This document shows, piece by piece, positions 9,058 through 19,081 of a stretch of 32,000 bases of DNA. This DNA comes from Wolbachia endosymbiont of Spodoptera picta (GTDB lineage Bacteria > Pseudomonadota > Alphaproteobacteria > Rickettsiales > Anaplasmataceae). Position numbers and translations under genes: made by a program. Where the stretch lies: NCBI RefSeq assembly GCF_018141665.1, contig NZ_CP067976.1, forward strand, positions 1,307,719-1,339,718. Direction: 5' to 3'. Under the pieces are notes generated by a model that had not been told where the DNA came from, did not search any database, and was given only the letters and a program-made list of their open reading frames with translations. Within the stretch, counting starts at the first letter, position 1, and each line of letters opens with the position of its first letter.

Positions 9058-9834
9058 ATGATATTGCAGGGCAAAAAAGGGTTAATAACCGGAATAATAA
9101 ATAAGAGGTCAATAGCATATGGTATAGCAAAGACCCTCTCAGAACATGGAGCTGAGCTTGCAATCACTTATCAAAATGAAACAATAAAAGAGAAATTATT
9201 ACCAATAGCAAGTGAATTAAATGTAGAGTTAATATTGCACTGTAATGTTTCAAATGAGGAAACTATAGATAATGCTTTTAAGGAAATAAAGGAGAAGTGG
9301 GGTGCTATTGATTTTTTGGTACATGCAATAGCATTCTCCGATAAAAATGAGCTAAATGGTAAATATGTCAATACTTCACTAAACAACTTTATTAATGCAA
9401 TGCATATATCGTGCTATTCTTTTACTGCTTTAGCGCAAAGAGCGGAAAAAATGATGTTAAATGGCGGTAGTTTACTTACTTTATCTTACTATGGTGCTGA
9501 AAAAGTTATGCCAAATTATAATGTGATGGGTTTATGTAAAGCAGCACTTGAAGCAAGTGTAAAATATATAGCATGTGATCTCGGACCACAGAACATCAGA
9601 GTAAATGCAATTTCTGCTGGTCCAATCAGAACTTTGGCATCTTCTGGAATAAGTGACTTTCACTCCATATCGGAATGGAATAGAAGTAATTCTCCACTTA
9701 GACGCAATGTTACAATAGAAGATGTTGGCAAGGCAGCACTATACTTATTAAGCGACCTGAGTAGTGGTACAACTGGAGAAATTTTACATGTTGATTCAGG
9801 GTATAATGTTGTGGGAATGAAGATAGTAGACTAA
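9058..9834 (+). CDS. fabI: enoyl-[acyl-carrier-protein] reductase (NADH) FabI
   Basis: A 258-aa ORF that is colinear with E. coli FabI as I remember it (SIAYGIAK, AELAxTYQNE, LTLSYxGAEKxxPNYNVMGLxKAxLEA, RVNAISAGPIRTLA, TIEDVG). Confidence 0.95.
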   Translation: MILQGKKGLITGIINKRSIAYGIAKTLSEHGAELAITYQNETIKEKLLPIASELNVELILHCNVSNEETIDNAFKEIKEKWGAIDFLVHAIAFSDKNELNGKYVNTSLNNFINAMHISCYSFTALAQRAEKMMLNGGSLLTLSYYGAEKVMPNYNVMGLCKAALEASVKYIACDLGPQNIRVNAISAGPIRTLASSGISDFHSISEWNRSNSPLRRNVTIEDVGKAALYLLSDLSSGTTGEILHVDSGYNVVGMKIVD

Positions 9835-10049
9835 TACAGTACTGCAGATGCATGTGAAGCCTGTGTTTTTTTGTTATCCGAGTAATTGACATTGGAGCCC
9901 AGTATCAGCTACTAGAATGACAACATTTTTTACTTAAATCTTCGCATATTAACCATAGAGTTATTATTTTAAAAGTATTTATTGCCGCTGATCTTCTATT
10001 TTTACTTCTTCCATTTGGGTTAAGAGATTGTGCGTGAGGGTTGCTCTTG

Positions 10050-11676
10050 GTGCGCCAAGAAGTGCTTGGAGAACAGTTGGTAAAAATCCAACACAAACAA
10101 AGTCTAGCCAACAGTTTGGAACAGACCACTATGTTGCATGAGGTAACGAGTGTAATAGAGCTAGTGGGATGGACAATGCAGGGTACAACGAAAGTGAAGG
10201 GATTGAGTTCCGAAATACCTGAAGACATAGAGGTCGACATTTTCATGGCCATGGAAGACAGCATGAAGGATAACGTAAAGGCAAGTTATCACTCACTCTA
10301 TCGGGATCTGAGACCGTGCCATGTATTGAAATGGACTTCAAGTGAACTTGGGAGATCCTATGCATTCCTACAAAGGTACGCTGGAACAAGTCAACAAAGG
10401 CAAGAACTAGCGGAAGATGCAGGGGAAGTCGGACTGATTGATAGTACTCAGAATGTGGGAAAGCCACGTACAAGGGGAAGCGATCAGCAATATAGTAACT
10501 GGAATAGGGATTGCTAGGCCAATACAACGGAGGTTGGAATAACATGCAAAATAAACTAAACCAGATAGCAGTAAGAGCAAAGCAAGATAAGCGACTAAAT
10601 TCACATCGTTAGTCCATCTGATAAATACAGAGAATCTTGCGAGATGTTATAAAGAACTGAAGCGTAACAAGGCTTGTGGAGTAGACCAGATAACAGTGGA
10701 ATCATACGGAGAAAATCTGAATGAGAAACTTGAAGTGCTAGTAGAAAGTATGAAGAGGAAGCAATATCAACCACAACCAGTAAAGAGGGTATATATACCG
10801 AAAGCTGGCAGTAAAGAGAAACGCGGACTCGGAATACCATCGACCGAGGATAAATTAGTACAGATTATGCTGAAGAAGATACTAGAAAATATTTACGAGG
10901 CAAACTTTCTGGACAGCTCATATGGATTTCGACCTGGAAGAAACTGTCATCAAGCGGTAAATGCACTAGATAAAGCAGTTATGTACAAGCCAATAAACTA
11001 CATTGTAGAAGTGGATATCAAGAAGTTCTACGATAATATACAGCATAAATGGCTAATGAGATGTCTAAGGGAACGAATAACTGACCCAAATTTGCGGTGG
11101 TTAGTAAAGCGGTTTCTCAAGGCAGGGATAGTCGAAGCTGGAAATTATGAAGCAACAAAACAAGATAGACCCCAAGGTGGTATAGTAAGTCCTGTATTAG
11201 CAAATATATACTTACATTATGTGTTGGATTTATGGAGAGAAAAGAAATTTTAACCAAGATCCAGAGGATATATACAACTAATAAGGTTTTGCGACGATTT
11301 TGTGGTTTGTTGCGAAAGTAAGGTAGACGCGGAAGAATTTCTGGAATTACTGAAACAAAGGCTAAATAAATTTGGGTTGGAAGTATCTGAAAACAAGACC
11401 AGAGTAGTAAAGTTTTGCAAGAGGGAGTGGCAACAAGCGATAAGAGAGAAACGAAGGACGGAAAGTTTCAATTTTCTGGGGTTTACGCACTATGGTGCAA
11501 AAAGTCGTCGTGGTAGATTAATAATGGGACATAAAACCTCAAAGTTAAATCTAGCCAGAAAACTAAAAGAAATCAAGGAGTGGTTGAAAATAGTCCGCGG
11601 AAGTATTCGACTTAAAGATTGGTGGCAAGTACTGAAGGCTAAATTAACAGGACACTACAACTACTTTGGTATTAGC
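10050..11676 (+). mobile_element. group II intron, second diverged copy, decayed and 3'-truncated by IS copy B
   Basis: It starts with GTGCGCCAAGAAGTGC, like copy 1, and is colinear with 4882..6508 (both 1627 nt) at roughly 80 percent identity by eye. It ends abruptly at the IS terminus at 11677. Domains V and VI are missing. Confidence 0.85.
10544..11676 (+). pseudogene. group II intron RT-maturase pseudogene
   Basis: ATG 10544 (MQNKLNQIAVRAKQDKR) shifts frame after about 20 codons, where a 1-nt deletion relative to copy 1 occurs. A premature TAA at 11251-11253 replaces the AAG of copy 1. The C-terminus is removed by the IS. Confidence 0.85.
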
Positions 11677-12843
11677 TGTAATAGTTTAGACTTGATCTGA
11701 CAGAAGAATTGAAAACTAATATCAGTCTTTTGTTTAATGTTACTAATATTTTTCTGATAAGCAATATGCATACTATCAAAAAAGGTTTGCATAGGCATAG
11801 CAATATTTACCTGAATGTGGTCTAGATCTATTGTAAGAATGCACCCAATGGTCTACGTCTAACTGAAGTTCTGCCAAAGAGGTGTAAATTTTCTTTCTAA
11901 AGATAATATTGTAACATTCATCTTGCATAGTTCTATGGAACCTTTCACATATGCCATTAGTCTGTGGAGAACGAGCTTTGGTTCGAGAATGATCAATATT
12001 TTCTACCCCTAAATATAGCTGGTAAACGTGATTTTCAGGTCTGCCACAATACTCTGTACCACGATCCGTCAAAACACGTAGCAATGATACTTTCTGTTCA
12101 TCAAAGAACGGTACTACCCTATCATTAAGAAGATCTGCAGCTGTGATAGCAGTCCTTTCTGTGTAAAGCTTAGCAAAAGCAACTCTGGAATAGGTATCAA
12201 CAAAGGTTTGCTGGTAAATTCGTCCAATACCTTTGATATTACCAACATAATAACTGTCTTGGCTACCTAAGTATCCTGGATGCTCTGTTTCAATTTCTCC
12301 ATGGGCCTCTTTATTCTTCCTTAGCCTTTTCTAGAGCTGTTATCTGTTCTTCTGTTAAAATGATACCATCCTGAGCTACTTTTGCTTCTAATGCCTTTAA
12401 CCTCTTTTTAAAATTTTCAAGATCGTTTCTTTGCCACACTGATCTTATTCCACTTGCAGAGATGAGAATTCCTCTCTTTTTCAGTTCGTTTGCTGCTCTT
12501 TCTTGTCCGTATGCTGGAAACTCTATTGCTATTTCAACTACTGCTTTTTCTATATCCTCCGACACTCTATTTGCATACAATGGCTTGCTTTTGCTTATCT
12601 CGTGTAAAGCCTCTTCTCCTCCTGTTTCATACAGTTCTTTGAAGCGGTAAAATGTATCCCTTGAATATCCCATTACTTTACACGCCTGTGATACATTTCC
12701 TAATTGCTTTGCAAGTTCTAGCAATCCCAACTTTGGTTTTAGTATTTTTTCTTGTGTTGTATTCATATCTGACACTCCTTTAAAACTTGTTTATATTTTT
12801 ATCTTACTTTGTTTGCTTGTCAGATCAAGTCTAAACTATTACA
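11677..12843 (-). mobile_element. IS481-family-like insertion sequence, copy B (1167 bp)
   Basis: Same termini and same ORFs as copy A. It is inserted inside the RT ORF of the second group II intron. Confidence 0.9.
11776..12775 (-). pseudogene. IS481-like transposase (same frame disruptions as copy A)
   Basis: The 154-aa and 102-aa ORF products are identical to those of copies A and C. Confidence 0.8.
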
Positions 12844-12920
12844 GAAGCAAAAAATTCTTCTAATTCTTCAAAAGGACAACTATTTTTCTCTAATTTTACT
12901 TTTATAATATTGCTTAACAT
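12844..12920 (-). pseudogene. 5' stub of an unidentified gene truncated by IS copy B
   Basis: The minus strand reads GGAG, 5 nt, then ATG 12920: MLSNIIKVKLEKNSCPFEELEEFFAS. It runs directly into the IS terminus at 12843. Confidence 0.3.
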
Positions 12921-13199
12921 TGTAACTCCACTAACCGTTTTATACATGTAGCTTAACACTATTTTAATAACTTATTAAGAAAGTTTAATTATTAATTATA
13001 ATATTTAATAAAATAAATAGACTCTTTTACATTTCATCTGCAAGAATCTTTTCCTTAGTTTGTAAATAAAGATTTTCTGAATCTAATTGCCGCAGGTTAC
13101 GTTTAGTAATATAATCTCATATTAAATAAAACTTTACCTAAGTTTATGCCAGACTCTACGTTAGTTTTAACAACTATTCTTACATTCTTCATCTTTACG

Positions 13200-15796
13200 T
13201 TGTCACTTTTTTATAAAAAAGGATATTTGGATCAACGAACAAGAAGATAATAAAATCTTTCAGAAAAATTGCTCAGCAGATTAATGCGCTAGAGCAAGAA
13301 ATGCAGAGCTTATCTGATGAGGATCTTGCTAGTAAAACTGCGGAATTAAAACAAGAACTGAAAAATGGAAAAACACTAAATGACCTTCTCGTACCTGCAT
13401 TTGCGGTTGTACGAGAAGCATCACGAAGATTCCTTAACATGAGGCATTTCGACGTTCAGCTAATTGGTGGCATGGTTCTCCATAATGGCATGATATCAGA
13501 AATGAAAACAGGAGAAGGAAAGACACTAGTCGCAACTTTAGCTGCATACCTAAATTCTTTAGAAGGAAAAGGTGTGCACGTCGTAACTGTTAACGATTAT
13601 CTTGCAAAACGAGATACAGAGTGGATGAGTAAATTATATAATTCTCTTGGAGTTTCTGTTGCATTTATTACAAATAATTTGAAAGACGACGAGAGAAAAA
13701 AGGCTTATAGCGCAGATATAGTATACTCAACAAATAATGAACTTGCCTTTGATTATCTACGAGATAATATGAAATTTTCTCAAGAAGATATGGTTCAGAG
13801 AGGATTCAATTATGCAATAGTAGACGAAGTAGACTCCATACTGATTGATGAAGCGCGTACTCCGCTCATTATTTCTGGCCCACTTGAGGAAAATAATCAG
13901 ATATATAAGCATATCAATAAAATAGTAATCAAATTAGTTGATTCTGACTATGAAGTCGATGAAAAGAGTAGAGCAGTGTTCCTCACTGAAAATGGCATTT
14001 CACGAGTGGAGGAATTACTAAAATCGTATAACCTCATTCCTGGAAATTCCTCGCTCTATGATACTAGCAATATTATACTGACTCATTATATAGATCAAGC
14101 ACTTCGTGCACATAAGCTGTTTACTGCTGATAAAGATTATATAGTGAAAAACGGTAAGGTGGTAATTATTGATGAGTTTACTGGGCGCATGATGGAAGGT
14201 AGGAGATATTCTGATGGTCTTCACCAGGCACTGGAGGCAAAGGAGAATCTTGAAATTCAGCATGAAAGTCAAACTTTAGCATCAGTCACATTTCAGAACT
14301 ACTTTCGTATGTACAACAAACTTTCTGGTATGACAGGAACAGCAGCAACAGAGGCAGAAGAATTTCGTGATATATATAGATTAAATGTAGTAAAAATTCC
14401 AACTAATGTGCCTGTTAAAAGAATAGATGTTGATGATGAAATTTATGGCACAGAAAAAGAAAAATTTAGTGCTGTATTGAAGTTTATAGCGGAATGTCAC
14501 AAACGTCTTCAACCAGTGCTTGTTGGCACTGTGAGTATTGAAAATTCTGAAAAACTTTCCGATCTTTTGAAAAGCCATTCCCTTAAGCATTCAGTATTGA
14601 ATGCTCGTTATCATGAACAAGAAGCGTATATAATAGCGCAAGCTGGAATACCAGGCAGCATTACTATAGCAACAAACATGGCAGGACGTGGAACTGATAT
14701 TCAGCTTGGTGGAAATGTTGAAATGATTGCAAAAATAGAGCTCGAGAAAATAAAAAATGCTGATGAAAGAGAAAAAAAATATCAAGAAATAGTCGAAAGA
14801 GTAAAAAAAGATAAGGAAATTGCTATAAAAGCTGGTGGCTTATGTGTTATTGGAACCGAAAGGCATGAAAGCAGGAGAATAGATGATCAATTACGTGGAC
14901 GTTCTGGCCGCCAAGGTGACCCTGGACTTTCTAAGTTCTTTCTATCACTTGAAGATGATTTAATGAGGATATTTGGTTCTGATAGAATGAGGAATTTTTT
15001 GCAAAAAGTGGGACTAAAGAACAACGAGGCTATTCATCATCCATGGATTAATAAAGCACTTGAAAAAGCACAGAAGAAAGTTGAAGTTAGAAATTATGAT
15101 GTGCGGAAGTCTTTGCTAAAGTTTGATGATGTAATCAACAATCAACGTAAAGTTATTTTTAAGCAGAGAAATCATATTTTAAACAATGAAATCAATGATT
15201 TAGTTGAAGTATATAGTGAAGTAAATGAGGATATAATAGAAGGTATAGTACAAAGTGGTTATTACGAAGATTATGTTGAAGATATTGCAAAAGAATTCCA
15301 CATAAGATACGGGATAACGCTTAATCTAGCAGAGTTTTTGAATAAACAAGAAGCCTTGGATTATATAAATGACAAGATACAAGAATTTTTTACTGAGAAA
15401 GAAAAATATTTCAATAGTCAACAAACTACAGATTTGTGGAATACGATAGTGAAACAAGTGATGATCATGACACTTGATCATTTATGGAGGGAGAACCTTT
15501 CGGTCTTAGAGAGCCTAAGACAAAGCATAAATTTGCGTGCCATGGGGCAAAAAGACCCACTGAATGAATTTAAATGCGAAGCTTTCTTAATGTTTGAGTC
15601 GATGCTTGAAAAGTGGAGGGAGCTTACCATTCACCGCCTAGCGCACTTTAAGTTGCTAGACAATCAAGAAATAGGCAATAGGTCACGCTCTACTAAAAAT
15701 AGCAGACTTCCAAAAGTTTCAAGAAATGACAAGTGCCCTTGTAACTCTGGAAAAAAATACAAACACTGTCACGGTTCAGTTGCCGTAGTGAATTAG
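13200..15796 (+). CDS. secA: preprotein translocase ATPase SecA (5' end disrupted by a frameshift at an A6 run; uninterrupted ORF 13301..15796)
   Basis: The 831-aa ORF has the DEAD-like motor motifs ([42 protein letters not shown]) and a C-terminal zinc finger, [14 protein letters not shown]. Conserved N-terminal codons [10 protein letters not shown]... lie upstream of the first ATG and are closed by TAA at 13214-13216. Confidence 0.93.
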
Positions 15797-16016
15797 TTGT
15801 TGCAAGCACATTATAGCTGCTATAGCTAACCGAAGTAAGATCTGCTCGAGCACTCTGAAAGACAAAATCAATAGCCGAATTAATATTGGGCCAAAAGGTT
15901 TGTAGAGGCTTTCTTATGGCGTGCTTGATCAGAACTTCTCAATCGGATTTAAATCTCACTTTTACCCACAAATAAAAAAGTGAGTAAAATGGATACCAAA
16001 TAAATTTGGGATTAAA

Positions 16017-16690
16017 ATGAGTGAAGTAAGTACAAATGTGCAATATACTGATGGCTTAGGGGATAAATGGCTGGAAAGAGAGTTAAAACACGTTAATTTA
16101 GGAGATACAAGACTTAATAAGAGACTTATTAAAACAGGCTATTGTATAGAGGGTAAGGCGTCTGGATCAATTAATCAAAGCTGTAGTGGATGGAAAGAAG
16201 CTAAGGGTGCATACAGATTATTTAGCAATGAAAAGCTTAAGGATAAGGAAATTTATTCTTCCCATTACAAAGAAACTATGGAGAGAATGAAAGGAAATCA
16301 GTTTGTTTTTTCAGTTCAAGATACAAGTTATTTGGATTTTGACTCTCATATAAAAACCAAGAGGCTAGGTAGTATTTCTAAAGCTTATACGAAGCATAAA
16401 ATGGGTTTACTGTTGCACAGTGCCTTAATAGTCAGCAAAGACGGATTACCTTTAGGTCTATCTCTCAACAATGTTGGGCACGTTCTATTAGGGAAAAAGA
16501 AACGGCACAAGAAAAAGCAAACAGGAAATACCGTACCTCCATAGAAGAAAAAGAAAGTTATAAGTGGATAACAGCTCTCAAAGAAAGCATAAACAACCTT
16601 CCTGCAAATGTACAACTTGTTACCCTTGGTGATAGAGAGGCAGATATCTTCAAATTTTTATGGATCACTGAGACATTAGGTAGTTTTTTG
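16017..16690 (+). pseudogene. IS4-family (Tn5/IS50-like) transposase remnant, frameshifted and truncated by IS copy C
   Basis: LGDTRLNKRL...GAYRLFSN...FSVQDTSYLDF...LLLHSALIV parallels the Tn5 Tnp N-terminus. After a frameshift near 16500-16550, a second frame reads EKESYKWITALKES...LGDREADIFKFL. It is cut at 16690/16691. Confidence 0.75.
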
Positions 16691-17883
16691 TGTAATAGTT
16701 TAGACTTGATCTGACAAGCAAACAAAGTAAGATAAAAATATAAACAAGTTTTAAAGGAGTGTCAGATATGAATACAACACAAGAAAAAATACTAAAACCA
16801 AAGTTGGGATTGCTAGAACTTGCAAAGCAATTAGGAAATGTATCACAGGCGTGTAAAGTAATGGGATATTCAAGGGATACATTTTACCGCTTCAAAGAAC
16901 TGTATGAAACAGGAGGAGAAGAGGCTTTACACGAGATAAGCAAAAGCAAGCCATTGTATGCAAATAGAGTGTCGGAGGATATAGAAAAAGCAGTAGTTGA
17001 AATAGCAATAGAGTTTCCAGCATACGGACAAGAAAGAGCAGCAAACGAACTGAAAAAGAGAGGAATTCTCATCTCTGCAAGTGGAATAAGATCAGTGTGG
17101 CAAAGAAACGATCTTGAAAATTTTAAAAAGAGGTTAAAGGCATTAGAAGCAAAAGTAGCTCAGGATGGTATCATTTTAACAGAAGAACAGATAACAGCTC
17201 TAGAAAAGGCTAAGGAAGAATAAAGAGGCCCATGGAGAAATTGAAACAGAGCATCCAGGATACTTAGGTAGCCAAGACAGTTATTATGTTGGTAATATCA
17301 AAGGTATTGGACGAATTTACCAGCAAACCTTTGTTGATACCTATTCCAGAGTTGCTTTTGCTAAGCTTTACACAGAAAGGACTGCTATCACAGCTGCAGA
17401 TCTTCTTAATGATAGGGTAGTACCGTTCTTTGATGAACAGAAAGTATCATTGCTACGTGTTTTGACGGATCGTGGTACAGAGTATTGTGGCAGACCTGAA
17501 AATCACGTTTACCAGCTATATTTAGGGGTAGAAAATATTGATCATTCTCGAACCAAAGCTCGTTCTCCACAGACTAATGGCATATGTGAAAGGTTCCATA
17601 GAACTATGCAAGATGAATGTTACAATATTATCTTTAGAAAGAAAATTTACACCTCTTTGGCAGAACTTCAGTTAGACGTAGACCATTGGGTGCATTCTTA
17701 CAATAGATCTAGACCACATTCAGGTAAATATTGCTATGCCTATGCAAACCTTTTTTGATAGTATGCATATTGCTTATCAGAAAAATATTGATAGCATTAA
17801 ACAGGATGCTGATATCGGTTTTGACTTTGTCAATTCTTCTGTCAGATAATTCATGCCTGTCAGATCAAGTCTAAACTATTACA
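16691..17883 (+). mobile_element. IS481-family-like insertion sequence, copy C (1193 bp, variant right end)
   Basis: Same 26-bp inverted repeats and identical ORFs. The last 100 bp or so differ from copies A and B by substitutions, an extra 8 nt, and an extra 18 nt (AATTCATGCCTGTCAGAT). Confidence 0.9.
16759..17758 (+). pseudogene. IS481-like transposase (same frame disruptions)
   Basis: orfA 16759..17223 stops at TAA 17221-17223. The DDE region continues in the +1 frame. There is a third frame change near 17733-17745. Confidence 0.8.
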
Positions 17884-18786
17884 TTGCCAAATGGTCTAAC
17901 AATAACTTACACGGCACTGGTATCCTGTATATTAGAGAAAAATAGTAAAGCTGTTAGAGGAGTTCTAGAAGCTTCTAAAAAGAATGGTATTTTGAAAGAA
18001 ATTCTCAACCAAAAAGTGAAAGTAAAGAAAGCAGAAGGTCAAGAGATAAGCTATACACTGATTGATTATACTAATAAACAAAATTGTAAAGAAATTGCAT
18101 TTATTCTGAAGGAGTTTGAGGAAGTTCTGAATATAGAAGTTGAAGCTGCAAGTAGTAATGTTGAAACTAGATGTGAGGGTATCAATAAAGACTGTAGAGA
18201 TCTTGAAATACACGAAACTATGTTTGCAAATAGTGAAAAAACCCAAAATATTTCAACAGGAAGCAAAGATATTAAGCCCACATGTGAAACCAGTGTAAAA
18301 GAGGAAAACAAAGACGAAGAAAATTCTTTAAATTTTATTACTGATGAGCAAGAAGAAATCGTTAATATATTTGAGAAAGATGCAGAAAATAACACTGAGT
18401 GGCACAGAGAAAATCGTCATACAAATCAACCCATCTGTAAAATCAATAAGAAAGACCAAAATACTTTTACGCAAACTAATATGCAAGAACCAAATAGGTC
18501 ATTTCAAGCTGAACCATATTTTAATATTGGATATGGCATTACTAAAGATGGAAAATCATCAAATCAACCAATTTTAGCTGGAGTTATTGGTGCAGTGTTA
18601 TTAGTAAGTGGTATTGTGTTTTATATTATGGAAATACATATACTAGGGATAGTTATTGGAATTGCTGGGTTAGCTTGCGTAAGTTTTGGATTGTGTAGTA
18701 ATTTAGAGCCTAATACCAGGCTTGAAAAAGTAGAGCAGCCTACTATCCACTCTTCAAACCCGATTTCTGGATTAGATTTTAGATAA
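17884..18786 (+). pseudogene. 5'-truncated gene for a C-terminally membrane-anchored hypothetical protein
   Basis: The open frame begins exactly at the IS boundary. It has an acidic, low-complexity middle and two C-terminal TM helices (ILAGVIGAVLLVSGIVFYIM, ILGIVIGIAGLACVSFGL). The tail is SNLEPNTRLEKVEQPTIH. Confidence 0.55.
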
Positions 18787-19081
18787 ATTATTGAAAATCT
18801 CGATTTTTTTAGCTAAGTCTAATCGAATTTAAAAGATGCTCATTAACTTTTCCATCGTAAATCTCGTAATTATAAGTTATCGATCTCTTTTTAATTATTA
18901 ATACATAATTCAGGTTTCAGGAGTTATTAATAATTCCACAATAATATCTGCATAAAGTATGCAATAAACTAAGATTTTTAACAACTTATCTAAAATATAA
19001 TAGAAAATCTATATTGTAATAAGAAATAAAAGGACATTACTGAATAAGTAACATCCTTTTGAAGAAGGTGAGCTGTTTTGT

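Noticed and set aside
4855-10049. Similarity of the two intron 5' flanks (GCGTGCTAGGG... versus GCGTGAGGG...) as a shared homing site
   Set aside because: The matching letters sit at different distances from the insertion points (13 versus 9 nt), and the last 6 nt of the exons differ completely. This is most likely chance.
9905-10264. 119-aa minus-strand ORF between fabI and the second intron
   Set aside because: It runs antisense across the intron 5' end, has a Cys/Ser-rich low-complexity translation, and shows no start context. It is probably spurious.
12844-17884. A single inversion between IS copies B and C as the full explanation of the mismatched flanks
   Set aside because: Conceptually reversing it joins the 12920-12844 stub to the ORF at 17884 out of frame and without any shared target duplication. 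It also leaves the intron next to a Tn5-like fragment. A single event therefore does not restore intact genes.
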